Source of the DNA: an uncultured virus (IMG/VR IMGVR_UViG_3300022926_000002)
Taxonomy: Duplodnaviria; Heunggongvirae; Uroviricota; Caudoviricetes
Virus record (IMG/VR): IMGVR_UViG_3300022926_000002
Direction: 5' to 3' (one strand)
DNA length: 64,000 nt
The translations under genes and the position numbers were made by a program. The first letter of the stretch is position 1, and each line of letters opens with the position of its first letter. Under the pieces are notes generated by a model, which made no database searches, was not told the origin of the DNA, and saw only the letters and a list, made by a program, of their open reading frames with translations. Below are positions 19,151 through 29,065 of this stretch, one piece after another.

Positions 19151-19985
19151 ATATATTCTTGCAACAGGCTGCAGTTATACGGATTTAGAATATCGTTCTC
19201 CTCATTATGACATTAAACCATGGCCTATGTGGCCTGAACTTGTTGGTGACTATTTAAGTTTGCCTGTTAAAAATATTGCAAAGTGCGGTGCAGGAAATGA
19301 TTTTATGTTGGATCAACTTATTCCTATAATTGCAAAAGATCATATGAATATTGATTGCGTTATGATACAATGGTCGGCAATAGACCGATGGTCAGTTTAT
19401 AGTGATGATATATTTTTAAATAACCCAAAATCTGATATTCAAAATGAGAATACACAAGATCCTCATAAGTTGGTTAGTAAAGAACGGGCAGGATATTATG
19501 AGCGTTTAGAATATTCAAAATATTTAATGAAAAGAATTAATGCTAAAGGAACTATAACACTTGTACAGTTATTCTTTCAGCAATGTTTGACTATTGAAAG
19601 ATTATGCCGTGCGCTTGGGATCAAATGCGTACACCTACAAGCATGTGGTCATATAGGTTTAAGTTATGTAAACTCTGCATTAAAAATAATGGGTGAAAAA
19701 TTTACTTCACACGAGCAACATATGGAATGGATGAAACAAGTAAGTTCATTACCTGAATACAAAGAATTGTATAATGAAAAAACTACAATGATTAACTTTC
19801 CCAAAACAAGTTCTATTCCTTTAGTAAAAGTATCGGATGATCCAATATATTGGTCAGTACAGCACTTGTTTAATTCAAACCGAGATAAATATCGCATCGG
19901 ACCATTAGATAGTCATCCTTCTGAAGATGGTCAGAATTTGATGGCTGAAATGTTTTACTTGAAATATAATGAGGTTTATGGATAA
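19134..19985 (+). CDS. SGNH-hydrolase-like protein
   Basis: GCSYT, GAGND, QWS..DR, DSHPS blocks. Confidence 0.6.
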   Translation: MLKSSKYILATGCSYTDLEYRSPHYDIKPWPMWPELVGDYLSLPVKNIAKCGAGNDFMLDQLIPIIAKDHMNIDCVMIQWSAIDRWSVYSDDIFLNNPKSDIQNENTQDPHKLVSKERAGYYERLEYSKYLMKRINAKGTITLVQLFFQQCLTIERLCRALGIKCVHLQACGHIGLSYVNSALKIMGEKFTSHEQHMEWMKQVSSLPEYKELYNEKTTMINFPKTSSIPLVKVSDDPIYWSVQHLFNSNRDKYRIGPLDSHPSEDGQNLMAEMFYLKYNEVYG

Positions 19986-20806
19986 TGCTACTTGCTGCTG
20001 GTTGTAGTTATACTGACGAAAATTTTACCTCGGTACTTCATCCTGAATATGATACTTCATATAAAAAATGGCCTGAGATAGTTGCTGATAAACTTGGTGT
20101 AATGCATAAGAACCTAGGTGCCTGTGGTGCAGGTAATGATTATATCACAAAGCAACTGACAATGGAAATACTTAAAAATCATAAAAACATTACTGCCGTT
20201 ATGGTTGGATGGACTGAAATACATCGCTTTACTATCTTTGACTTTTATCGCTGTAATCCGTTCGCAACTGTTGCAAACCATAAAGTACCTTCTATGAAAA
20301 CATATAAAAAATTTGAAACTTCTCAGGAAGAACGGGCATTGTTACCGTTCTATGATCTATTATATAGTTATGGTTTATTTGACAAACCAAGCAACGGTGG
20401 TAATACTCAAAACCTTTTCGTTTATATGGTGAGGCAACTTTTAGATGGTATGTTTCAAATACAGGAATTATGCTCTACCTTTAATATACCTTACATCGGT
20501 GGACAGCTATGCGGATATACTGACCGTGAAAAGTGGCACACGTTGTCAAAAATATATGGCGACATTCCATTTTCAGAATCAGCATGGACAAGTATGTTTG
20601 GTGAATTAGAAGAACTGTGGAGACTTAAACCAAACAGCCATATTGGATATCCGTTTATGAAAACACTAGGTGGTTATAGTATTAATAGTTTATTAACATA
20701 CGACCAAGGACATAAGGTTTCAGAGATAGACTCTCATCCAAATGAAAAAGGTCACCAATTTATAGCGGATTTATACTATGACAAATATAGAAAAACTTAT
20801 TCTTAA
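19985..20806 (+). CDS. SGNH-hydrolase-like protein (paralogue)
   Basis: GCSYT, GAGND, GWT..HR, DSHPNEKGH. Confidence 0.6.
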   Translation: MLLAAGCSYTDENFTSVLHPEYDTSYKKWPEIVADKLGVMHKNLGACGAGNDYITKQLTMEILKNHKNITAVMVGWTEIHRFTIFDFYRCNPFATVANHKVPSMKTYKKFETSQEERALLPFYDLLYSYGLFDKPSNGGNTQNLFVYMVRQLLDGMFQIQELCSTFNIPYIGGQLCGYTDREKWHTLSKIYGDIPFSESAWTSMFGELEELWRLKPNSHIGYPFMKTLGGYSINSLLTYDQGHKVSEIDSHPNEKGHQFIADLYYDKYRKTYS

Positions 20807-20906
20807 ATTAAAATTTAAATGGTTGTATTTTAAACTACGATTTAAAAAAGATGTAATCAAAGATGAAGATGTAGACATTTACATATACGAGGCTGACGAT
20901 GATTAG
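20778..20906 (+). CDS. small hypothetical protein (42 aa)
   Basis: ORF read manually; overlaps both neighbours. Confidence 0.35.
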   Translation: MTNIEKLILKLKFKWLYFKLRFKKDVIKDEDVDIYIYEADDD

Positions 20907-21606
20907 ATATATTTTTGACGTTGATGGTACACTAACACCGAGTCGTCAAAAGATGGACCGTAAGTTTAAAAAGTTCTTTTTGAAATTTATGGAAACTCAT
21001 AAGGTGTGGATTGTAACAGGATCGGACTATGCCAAAACAAAGGAACAACTAGGTGCTGATATTACCGAAAATGTTGTTACTTGTTATAATTGTTCTGGCA
21101 ACGAAACAAGGCATAGAGGACAAATTGTAAACGCATCAACCTGGGAATTACCTGATGAAGTACGAGCATTTCTCAACCTTCAGTTGACTATTTCAGAATT
21201 TGTTTTGAGAACAGGTAATCACATTGAAGAACGGCGAGGTTGTGTTAACTTTAGTGTCGTTGGTAGAAATGCCACACTCGGTGAACGTAAACTCTATATT
21301 GAATATGATAAGAAAACAAATGAAAGACGCAATCTTGCCAATAACTTTAATTATGTTTTTGGATCAGAATCAATGGGTCTTCATGCCGTGATTGGCGGTG
21401 ATACTGGATTAGACATATATCCTATCGGTAAAGATAAATCACAAATACTTCAAGATTTTAATGCTGATGATGATATACAGTTCTTTGGTGATAAAATGGA
21501 TATCGGAGGTAATGATTATCCTTTAGCACGTGTTAATAAGGCAGGAACAAATCATCACGTTAAAGATTGGCGTGAAACTTGGGAGATACTAAAATGTTTA
21601 CCATAG
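20899..21606 (+). CDS. HAD-IIB phosphomannomutase-like protein
   Basis: FDVDGTLTPSR, VTGSD, IEERRGCVNFS, FFGDK..GGNDY. Confidence 0.85.
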   Translation: MIRYIFDVDGTLTPSRQKMDRKFKKFFLKFMETHKVWIVTGSDYAKTKEQLGADITENVVTCYNCSGNETRHRGQIVNASTWELPDEVRAFLNLQLTISEFVLRTGNHIEERRGCVNFSVVGRNATLGERKLYIEYDKKTNERRNLANNFNYVFGSESMGLHAVIGGDTGLDIYPIGKDKSQILQDFNADDDIQFFGDKMDIGGNDYPLARVNKAGTNHHVKDWRETWEILKCLP

Positions 21607-21830
21607 AAATGGACTGGGATGAAACTGCAGTTCAAGTATTAGATCAAAGTGGCCATTATGAAGATGTTGAATATATTATCTATGAGGATATTGTTTACAT
21701 TAGGCAATGGGATGAAGATCTTCAAAGATATAGTGTAATCGCTATGACTGCTGAAATGTTTAGGGATTTTGGTTTTGCCCTCGACTTACCTGAAGGTGCA
21801 TACATAACAAAAAGGAAAGAAGATGATTGA
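21594..21830 (+). CDS. hypothetical protein
   Basis: RBS GGGAG, ATG 21594. Confidence 0.55.
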   Translation: MFTIEMDWDETAVQVLDQSGHYEDVEYIIYEDIVYIRQWDEDLQRYSVIAMTAEMFRDFGFALDLPEGAYITKRKEDD

Positions 21831-22071
21831 AATTTACGGAACACCAACTTGCGGATATTGTTTGAGAGCAAAAAGACTTGCACAGTCTCACGATATTGTG
21901 ACAGAATATAAAGATATAACCTTTACAAATTTTAGAGAGGAATTGCTTGAACGCAAATCTGATTATACAACGGTTCCTCAAATTTGGTGGCACGGAAAAT
22001 ATATTGGCGGTTATAATGAATTAGCTAATGAAATCGAGAACACGAGAAATTTTGGAGATGGTCCTTTTTAA
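21823..22071 (+). CDS. glutaredoxin
   Basis: CGYC, TVPQI, IGGY. Confidence 0.9.
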   Translation: MIEIYGTPTCGYCLRAKRLAQSHDIVTEYKDITFTNFREELLERKSDYTTVPQIWWHGKYIGGYNELANEIENTRNFGDGPF

Positions 22072-22109
22072 CTATTGACATTCCTGTTCTAATAGTGTAG
22101 ATTAGAATC
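22068..22109 (+). promoter_or_regulatory. sigma70 early promoter with GANTC
   Basis: TTAACTA-TTGACA-N17-TAGATT-A-GAATC. Confidence 0.75.
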
Positions 22110-22130
22110 ATCAAATAAAGGAATCATATT

Positions 22131-22373
22131 ATGACATACACCGTTGAACTCGACATTTCATCCGAAGCTGACCACAAAGAAGTTGTACAATTCGCAGCTG
22201 AACATGGCTGCCGTGTAATTATGCGTGTTGAAGAAGGTCCTGCTGGAGGAAATCCTCTTTACACATTTGGTTCTGAAAATTTTGATATGATCCAAGAATT
22301 AACCGAACAAGTACTCGGTGCAGGCCACGGATTTGATGAAGAAGAACTTAAAACTATGATCGTGGAGGTATAA
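22131..22373 (+). CDS. hypothetical early protein
   Basis: GPAGGNP motif; RBS AAGGA. Confidence 0.6.
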   Translation: MTYTVELDISSEADHKEVVQFAAEHGCRVIMRVEEGPAGGNPLYTFGSENFDMIQELTEQVLGAGHGFDEEELKTMIVEV

Positions 22374-22375
22374 TA

Positions 22376-22543
22376 ATGTTAGATCAAATGGAATTCGCAA
22401 AACGTTTACGTGGCTTAGCTCGTCGCTCAGATAATTTTGGTAAAGACCGTGAAACTATTCTTGAAGAAATCATTATGATGGCTGAGCATTACGAAACTTG
22501 GGCTGAACGTATTGAAAAGCAAATGGAAATGGAGGCAGCTTAA
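22376..22543 (+). CDS. hypothetical protein (55 aa)
   Basis: ORF read manually, RBS GGAGG. Confidence 0.5.
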   Translation: MLDQMEFAKRLRGLARRSDNFGKDRETILEEIIMMAEHYETWAERIEKQMEMEAA

Positions 22544-22872
22544 TGTCCATGCATATGGTTCGTGGTGTACAAGTCCACGGTAATTCAAAAAAGAAATTAA
22601 CACCACGTGATAAAAAAGCGGCGGTCGAGCATGAGAAATGGTTGGCAAAGATGGGTGTTGGTAAAACAAAGGCACGTAATACTAATACTATTCCTGATTA
22701 TGACACAGGACCACGTATGACCTCTGATAAGGTTGCTGGTAACGGTGCTAAAAAAGAAGCAACACAATATACTGGTAATTATATTATCGGTATTGGTCAA
22801 ATGCATAAATCTAACGGTGTTCCTATCACTCGTAAAGAAGATGCGGTTGCAATCGCAAGTATGAGGCGCTAA
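22543..22872 (+). CDS. conserved phage hypothetical protein
   Basis: YTG..IIGIGQMHKSNGVP motif. Confidence 0.65.
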   Translation: MSMHMVRGVQVHGNSKKKLTPRDKKAAVEHEKWLAKMGVGKTKARNTNTIPDYDTGPRMTSDKVAGNGAKKEATQYTGNYIIGIGQMHKSNGVPITRKEDAVAIASMRR

Positions 22873-23075
22873 TGAAACTTACAACTGATATGATTATTGA
22901 TGATGAGTACATTATGTTTGGTGACAAAGTTACTCGTTTTGAGGTTGTGGATAATAAAGGCCGCGCCTATGTAAAACACCGTGTACAAGAGCTAAAGTTT
23001 CAACTACAAGATGATGGTAGAACACTTAAAGCATTTGTGCGATTTGAAGAAGAGGAGGAAATATCAAATGACTAA
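22872..23075 (+). CDS. hypothetical protein
   Basis: VTRFEVVD..GRAYV..LQDDGRTLK. Confidence 0.6.
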   Translation: MKLTTDMIIDDEYIMFGDKVTRFEVVDNKGRAYVKHRVQELKFQLQDDGRTLKAFVRFEEEEEISND

Positions 23076-23199
23076 ACTTATTTATGGAACAGCAATAGCA
23101 TTTGCTCTGGTACTATCTAGTTGGTATCTGATCCACATTTGGTCGGATTGTCTTAATGAAAATTCAGTATTTACCTGTATGAGGATGTTAAGTAAATGA
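23068..23199 (+). CDS. small membrane protein
   Basis: RBS GAGGAGG; single TM helix. Confidence 0.45.
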   Translation: MTKLIYGTAIAFALVLSSWYLIHIWSDCLNENSVFTCMRMLSK

Positions 23200-24317
23200 A
23201 GATAATTATGAATACCGAATCAATCTATAAACGCGATTCAAAAGAAGCAATCCGTGTATGGTTTGGTGAAGTAGGAGTAGATGGTGATACCTATGGTTGG
23301 CGCAGTACAGCAGGTTTGTTGGACGGCAAAAAAGTCACGTCAGGTTGGAAAATAGTTGAGCAAAAAAATGTCGGTAAGGCAAATGAAACCTCACTTGAGG
23401 AACAGGCTGTATCTGAAATGAACTCAGACTATGATAAAAAACTTGAACGTGGCTATTTCAAAACCATTGCTGATATTGATAAATTCACTAAGATCAAACC
23501 AATGTTGGCTGCAAAGTATGAAGATGTTACAATTAACTTTGAAACTCAAAGATATTATACTCAACCAAAATTAGATGGTATTCGGTGTATTGCTCGAGCG
23601 GATGGATTGTGGTCTCGTGGGTTTAAAGAAATCATTAGTGTACCTCATATCCATGAAAGTTTAAAATGGTATTTTGATAAACATCCTGATGCTATTCTTG
23701 ATGGTGAGTTATACAACCATGACCTCCGTGAAAACTTTAATAAGATCACATCGTTGGTCCGCAAAACAAAACCAGAACCTTGGGACATTAAAGACTCAAA
23801 AAGATTGGTAGAATATCACGTTTATGATCTAATCAGTTCAAATGAAGTATTTTCAAAACGAATTGATGAATTATGCCTATTGGAATTTGACCCGTGTATT
23901 CAAGTTGTTAAAACAGAAGAAGTACATAGCTTTGAAGAAATTGACGCTAAATATGGTGGATACCTTGAAGCAGGTTACGAAGGACAAATGGTCCGTGCTG
24001 ATAATGTTTACCAACAAAACAAACGGTCAAAGTTTTTACTTAAACGTAAAGAGTTTCTAACTGATGAGTTTACAGTTATCGGTGTTGAAGAAGGTAAAGG
24101 TAATTGGTCAGGACATATCAAACGGTTTATCCTTGAATTAAAAGATGGTACTCAATTTGGTGCAGGTGTACGTGGCAATCAAGCATTACTTAAAGAAATG
24201 TATAACAACAGTGATAAACCTAATTGGTGTACTTTACGTTACTTTGCACCAACACCTGATGGCATTCCAAGGTTTCCTGTAGTAATTGATTGGGGAAACG
24301 GCGTTCGTGAGGACTGA
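23196..24317 (+). CDS. ATP-dependent DNA ligase
   Basis: KPMLA, QPKLDGIRC (KxDG), LDGELY, EGQMVR, LLKRK, PRFP. Confidence 0.93.
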   Translation: MKIIMNTESIYKRDSKEAIRVWFGEVGVDGDTYGWRSTAGLLDGKKVTSGWKIVEQKNVGKANETSLEEQAVSEMNSDYDKKLERGYFKTIADIDKFTKIKPMLAAKYEDVTINFETQRYYTQPKLDGIRCIARADGLWSRGFKEIISVPHIHESLKWYFDKHPDAILDGELYNHDLRENFNKITSLVRKTKPEPWDIKDSKRLVEYHVYDLISSNEVFSKRIDELCLLEFDPCIQVVKTEEVHSFEEIDAKYGGYLEAGYEGQMVRADNVYQQNKRSKFLLKRKEFLTDEFTVIGVEEGKGNWSGHIKRFILELKDGTQFGAGVRGNQALLKEMYNNSDKPNWCTLRYFAPTPDGIPRFPVVIDWGNGVRED

Positions 24318-24347
24318 CATAAATAACTCTATCAAAGGAGTTATATT

Positions 24348-24770
24348 ATGTGGTTTCATAAAGGTGAAGAATTTACCTCAGAAATGATTAAAGACTATAT
24401 TGGATTTGTTTACTGTATTACGGACAAATCCAATGATAAGAAATACATTGGCAAAAAATTGCTAATGTCAAAAAGGCGCCTACCACCTCTTAAAGGTAAA
24501 ACCCGTCGACGTATTAAAATCGTTGAGACTGATTGGCAAAAATATTATGGTTCATCTGAAGAAGTCAAACTGATGGTTGAAGAAAAAGGCGCCGACAATT
24601 TTCATAGAGAAATACTACACCTATGCCATAAGAAAGGTGAGCTCGGATATTTAGAACTCCGGGAGCAAATCTTACGTGATGTTTTATTGCGTGACGATTA
24701 TTATAATGGAATTGTCCAAGCAAAAATTCACCGAAACCACATAAAGTCATTGACATATCTTATAGAATAG
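24348..24770 (+). CDS. GIY-YIG-like protein
   Basis: GFVYCIT..KKYIGKK, WQKYYGSS, FHREIL, YYN. Confidence 0.7.
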   Translation: MWFHKGEEFTSEMIKDYIGFVYCITDKSNDKKYIGKKLLMSKRRLPPLKGKTRRRIKIVETDWQKYYGSSEEVKLMVEEKGADNFHREILHLCHKKGELGYLELREQILRDVLLRDDYYNGIVQAKIHRNHIKSLTYLIE

Positions 24771-24789
24771 ATTATTATAGTCTAGAATC
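24750..24789 (+). promoter_or_regulatory. sigma70 promoter with downstream GANTC
   Basis: TTGACA-N17-TATTAT; GAATC at 24785. Confidence 0.7.
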
Positions 24790-24803
24790 ACAAGGAGATA
24801 CCA

Positions 24804-25034
24804 ATGATTATCAAACGCAAATCAGCATACACCGGTCTTACTCGGTCAAAGGATATTCCTGTTGACCCACAAGGCTGGGCAATGTATCAGTCAGGTTACG
24901 GCAGTGTTGATGAATGTCTTCCGTATCTTACTGATGAAGACCGTGACTTTATTTTGTCAGGTATGATGCCTGATGAATGGAACACTGCTATCAGTGCCGA
25001 ACTAAAACTAATTGTGGAAGATACTTTTATATGA
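24804..25034 (+). CDS. conserved phage hypothetical protein
   Basis: PYLTDEDRDFILSGMMPDEW motif. Confidence 0.65.
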   Translation: MIIKRKSAYTGLTRSKDIPVDPQGWAMYQSGYGSVDECLPYLTDEDRDFILSGMMPDEWNTAISAELKLIVEDTFI

Positions 25035-25714
25035 TATTCCTATTTAACGGACCACCCAAATCAGGCAAAGATGCTGCCGCTGATTATTTTAAAGAAAAAG
25101 GTTATAAGCACCTTTCTTTTAAATATCAGTTATATAAAGAAACTTGTAATTACTTTGGATGTAATTATGATTGGTTCATGGAACGATATGACGACCGCTT
25201 AGTAAAAGAAGTACCTCATATGGATATCGGACATATGTCTTGCCGTGAAGCAATGATCTATGTTTCTGAAATAGTTGTCAAACCAAGAAAAGGTTTGGAT
25301 TACTTTGGTTTGCAGGTGGCAAATGAAATTGATTTATCAAAGGATTATGCTATCTCAGATGGCGGTTTTGTTGACGAATTAAAACCTGTTATAAATACTA
25401 TTGGTTCCGATAATTTTATCTTGGTCCAATTGACTCGCGATGGATGTGACTATTCAACCGATTCAAGACGGTATTTTAATGGTAAAGTTGTAGAAGAAAT
25501 TGTTAACTCTTATGCAACACCAATCCAGGCCAAATATGTTTTAGATTATAAGTTTGATGTTAAAACGTACAGGATACATAATAATGGCACGCTCGGAGCT
25601 TTTCATAGTGCATTAGAAAATATTTATGAAAAGGAAGTAACATATAAAAATGTCAAAGAGCAAAAGTTCAAATGCGACCAAGAAGGAAAAATACTCGAGT
25701 CGGATATTCTATGA
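25031..25714 (+). CDS. deoxynucleoside monophosphate kinase-like
   Basis: NGPPKSGKD P-loop, ISDGGF..E. Confidence 0.7.
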   Translation: MIFLFNGPPKSGKDAAADYFKEKGYKHLSFKYQLYKETCNYFGCNYDWFMERYDDRLVKEVPHMDIGHMSCREAMIYVSEIVVKPRKGLDYFGLQVANEIDLSKDYAISDGGFVDELKPVINTIGSDNFILVQLTRDGCDYSTDSRRYFNGKVVEEIVNSYATPIQAKYVLDYKFDVKTYRIHNNGTLGAFHSALENIYEKEVTYKNVKEQKFKCDQEGKILESDIL

Positions 25715-25892
25715 AAATCCATATGACATTGAAACATTTTTCGAAGCTCTTGGTATCGCAGCCGACCACGGTAAAGAATTGCAATACGTAGATCAATTTA
25801 TTGCACGTATGAAATCTGAACCGACGAATGATACGGCAACCACCTGCTTTGAAATCTTAAGAGATTTTGAACTGATTAAATTTGAAGATTAA
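25650..25892 (+). CDS. hypothetical protein
   Basis: RBS AAGGA; overlaps upstream gene by 65 nt. Confidence 0.5.
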   Translation: MSKSKSSNATKKEKYSSRIFYENPYDIETFFEALGIAADHGKELQYVDQFIARMKSEPTNDTATTCFEILRDFELIKFED

Positions 25893-25918
25893 CTAAACTA
25901 AAATAGAAAGATTATATT

Positions 25919-26170
25919 ATGGACAAGAATGAAATTATTAATGCACTTAAAGTCGGTGTATGCGAAATTACTTTCACAAAAAAGAATGGTGATGAGCGAC
26001 TAATGTTTGCAACACTCAGTGAAGAGATGTTGCCACCTCAAAAAGATATTGAGGAACAAATCCAAAAGAAAAAACCTAACAGTGATGTTCTCGCGGTTTA
26101 TGACGTGAAGGCACCAGGATGGCGTTCTTTTCGTTGGGATTCATTAAAAGAATTTACAAAAGGAGTTTAA
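25919..26170 (+). CDS. WYL_2/SH3-like small protein
   Basis: FTKKNGDERLM.ATL...GWRSFRWD. Confidence 0.75.
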   Translation: MDKNEIINALKVGVCEITFTKKNGDERLMFATLSEEMLPPQKDIEEQIQKKKPNSDVLAVYDVKAPGWRSFRWDSLKEFTKGV

Positions 26171-26173
26171 TAA

Positions 26174-27133
26174 ATGAGCTGTATCTATAAAGGTGTGGTT
26201 GAGGAGTCTGAACTATCAGGTAAATCCAAAGGTGGTACTGAAATGATGAGAGCACGCCTTATGGACGGAGTAGATCCTGCACTGTTGCAGGAATATGCTA
26301 TCCACTTGTCACGTCCGCGTGATATGAAAGGTGATGTTAAAAATATCCTATGGTGCCATGATCTTGCCGAGGATCCTGAAAACAAAATTCTAAAAGAAAA
26401 AGGTTGGAATAATTTTGACCATATTGTTTTCGTTTCACAATGGCAACGAGATCAGTATATCACTTATTATGGTATACCGCACTCAATGTGCTCGGTAATT
26501 CCTAATGCTATTGAAAAGGATTACAAACCTTCGGAAGAAAAAGATTATGAAACTATTCGTTTTGTATATCATACAACTCCGCACCGTGGTTTGGAATTAC
26601 TTATTCCTATCTTTGAACAATTAGCAAAAGAATTTGATAACATCCATCTTGATGTGTTTTCGTCATTTGGTATATATGGTTGGGGTCATAGAGATGAACC
26701 TTACCAACCGTTGTTTGATAAAATTGAAGCACATCCTAAGATGACTTATCATGGATCGGTAAATAACCGTCTTGTATTGGATACATTGGATAAATCTCAT
26801 ATTTTCCTATATCCAAATACATGGAAAGAAACATCTTGCATCTCGTTAATTGAGGCAATCAAATCAGGTTTGGTTTGTATTCACCCCAACCTTGGCGCAC
26901 TTACTGAAACCGCAAGCGGTGCAACAATTTCTTATGATTTCCATGAGAATGCCACACAACATGCGAACGTAGCATATTCTGTCGCAAAAGGTGTACTTAA
27001 TATGCAACAATCCGATCCTGACTTTATTCGCCGTTTCACAACAAGTGATAGGTTCAATTTAGCCAGAAATAATATAAATACTTTTACAACAACATGGACA
27101 CAGCTCCTACGAGCATTGGCAGTAAATGACTGA
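26174..27133 (+). CDS. GT4-family glycosyltransferase
   Basis: GGTE, WCHD, FVSQWQ, TTPHRGL, ETSCISLIEA, GALTET. Confidence 0.85.
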   Translation: MSCIYKGVVEESELSGKSKGGTEMMRARLMDGVDPALLQEYAIHLSRPRDMKGDVKNILWCHDLAEDPENKILKEKGWNNFDHIVFVSQWQRDQYITYYGIPHSMCSVIPNAIEKDYKPSEEKDYETIRFVYHTTPHRGLELLIPIFEQLAKEFDNIHLDVFSSFGIYGWGHRDEPYQPLFDKIEAHPKMTYHGSVNNRLVLDTLDKSHIFLYPNTWKETSCISLIEAIKSGLVCIHPNLGALTETASGATISYDFHENATQHANVAYSVAKGVLNMQQSDPDFIRRFTTSDRFNLARNNINTFTTTWTQLLRALAVND

Positions 27134-27485
27134 CAACATCATAGAATTCCCTAAAGTCAATACAAACGTCGAGTCTTTGACGAAAGAACAGTTGCGTTCA
27201 GTACTTGACGAGTATAAAGAAGAAGTAGCTAATGAAATGTCGGAATTTTTGTTTCGGCACGTCATTGGTGAATTAACAAGGGTGGGGCATAGCTTTGATA
27301 AAAATATGGAATATTTTATGCCTTCTATGATGATGGTCCTAGAATCAATAAGGTCGTTAGCTTTACAGGCACACGGAATTGAGCACGACTTTCAATCAAT
27401 CGCAAAAGATATACTTGAAATTGAAACAAAAGATATTAACAGTTTTAAAGAAAAAATGGTTGACATTGAGGAAGAGTTAGATTAA
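27126..27485 (+). CDS. hypothetical protein
   Basis: NIIEFPK start common in T4-like phages. Confidence 0.6.
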   Translation: MTDNIIEFPKVNTNVESLTKEQLRSVLDEYKEEVANEMSEFLFRHVIGELTRVGHSFDKNMEYFMPSMMMVLESIRSLALQAHGIEHDFQSIAKDILEIETKDINSFKEKMVDIEEELD

Positions 27486-27488
27486 TAT
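27460..27488 (+). promoter_or_regulatory. sigma70-type promoter for rnh
   Basis: TTGACA-N17-TAATAT. Confidence 0.5.
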
Positions 27489-27523
27489 AGTTTATATAAA
27501 TCAAATTGAAATGAGAAAACACA

Positions 27524-28384
27524 ATGGCAATATTAGTAGATTACAACCAAGTTATCCTTGCCTCGCTATTTGCGAGCATCGGTAACCATACGAACATTGA
27601 TGTAGATGAAAATCTTATTCGGCATATGTTCTTAAATTCAATTCGTTCTAACCGTAAAAAGTTTACAAAAGAATACGGTGAGATCGTTATATGTGCTGAC
27701 GGCAAAAATTCATGGCGCCGTGAAGCATTTCCTTATTATAAGGCAAACCGTCGCAAATCACGAGATGAGTCTGAACTCGATTGGAATGTATTATTTGGTA
27801 TTATGAATACCATCCGAGATGAGTTGAAAGAATTCTTTCCATATAAAGTAATTCATATGGATCACTGTGAAGCTGATGATATTATTGGCACTATCTGCCA
27901 TGACGAAGGTACTGATTTAAATATCGGTAATGAAAAATACCTTGTTCTATCAGGTGATAAAGATTATATCCAATTACAATCCTATGTGAACGTAGATCAG
28001 TATGATCCTGTTCGTAAACGTTGGATCCGTAATGATAATCCTACAAATTATCTCAATGAGCATATCCTTCGTGGTGATAAAGGTGACGGTGTACCAAATG
28101 TCCTGAGTCCTGACAATTGCCTTGCAGTAGGCACACGTCAAAAGGCAATGACAAAACCGCGCCTTGAGAAATTACTCAAAGGTACGTCTGAAATGGATGA
28201 AGAAACATTGCGTTGCTTCCACCGTAATAAAATGATGATTGACCTAAGTCAAATCCCTGCTAATTACGTAGAACAAATTCGTTCTGAATGGAAACAACCA
28301 AAAGACATCGGACGGCAATATCTATTTGATTATTTTGTCAAGCGTAAATTGAAAAACTTAATTACAGATATACAGGATTTTTAA
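27524..28384 (+). CDS. rnh: T4-type RNase H (5'-3' exonuclease)
   Basis: ILVDYNQ, WRREAFPYYKANR, EADDII, SGDKDYIQL, GDKGDGVPN. Confidence 0.93.
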   Translation: MAILVDYNQVILASLFASIGNHTNIDVDENLIRHMFLNSIRSNRKKFTKEYGEIVICADGKNSWRREAFPYYKANRRKSRDESELDWNVLFGIMNTIRDELKEFFPYKVIHMDHCEADDIIGTICHDEGTDLNIGNEKYLVLSGDKDYIQLQSYVNVDQYDPVRKRWIRNDNPTNYLNEHILRGDKGDGVPNVLSPDNCLAVGTRQKAMTKPRLEKLLKGTSEMDEETLRCFHRNKMMIDLSQIPANYVEQIRSEWKQPKDIGRQYLFDYFVKRKLKNLITDIQDF

Positions 28385-28388
28385 TAAG

Positions 28389-28817
28389 ATGGCAAAAAAA
28401 TTAGCAATTTCAGAAATCATTTCTGAGCTCGGTAATATGGGTAAACCTGAAGAAAAGATTGAGTGGTTGCTGAAAAATGATTCGCAACCACTCCGTGAAA
28501 TCTTACGGTTGACTTATGACAAATCAGTTAAGTGGTTACTACCTGACACTGCTCCGCCTTGGAAAGAAAACGAATATGAAGATGAAGCACGTTTGATGCT
28601 TTACCGTGAAATGCGGCGTATGAAAATCTTTCTTGAAGGTGGCGGATATGACAATTTGAATCAAGTCAAAAGAGAAGGTTTATTCATAAGTTTGCTTGAA
28701 GATATATATAATGAAGATGCCAAACTTTTGGCCAACTATGTTATAGCACAAAAATCATTTAAAGGACTGCGTAAGTCAACCGTAGTCAAAGCATTTCCTG
28801 ATCTAATAAAAGAGTAA
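28389..28817 (+). CDS. conserved T4-like protein downstream of rnh
   Basis: KREGLFISLLE..VKAFPDL motif. Confidence 0.65.
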   Translation: MAKKLAISEIISELGNMGKPEEKIEWLLKNDSQPLREILRLTYDKSVKWLLPDTAPPWKENEYEDEARLMLYREMRRMKIFLEGGGYDNLNQVKREGLFISLLEDIYNEDAKLLANYVIAQKSFKGLRKSTVVKAFPDLIKE

Positions 28818-28822
28818 GAATA

Positions 28823-28999
28823 ATGGCAAAAACGTTTAAGAAATTCCGCGAAGATTATATGGATGATGAATGGGGTGATGAAGACGAAACAGTTACCAAC
28901 AAGGAACGTCGTATGAAGAACCGCCGTGATAGGAAAAAAACTAAACGCAATGAACGCAATGAAACATTTTTAGAAAAAAATGATTTAAAAAGAAATTAA
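28823..28999 (+). CDS. small charged hypothetical protein (58 aa)
   Basis: ORF read manually. Confidence 0.45.
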   Translation: MAKTFKKFREDYMDDEWGDEDETVTNKERRMKNRRDRKKTKRNERNETFLEKNDLKRN

Positions 29000-29036
29000 C
29001 TATTGACATTTGAGTACAAATAGTGTAGATTGATTC
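28985..29036 (+). promoter_or_regulatory. sigma70 early promoter with CtrA-like box and GANTC
   Basis: TTAA-N7-TTAAC 28985-29000, TTGACA 29003, N17, TAGATT, GATTC 29032. Confidence 0.75.
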
Positions 29037-29065
29037 TATAAGGTAAAACAAAAGGAATCAATCTT

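Noticed and set aside
24348..24770. Mobile homing endonuclease or intron
   Set aside because: Short standalone GIY-YIG-like protein without an obvious DNA-binding tail; nrdA, nrdB, thyX and gp17 look uninterrupted.
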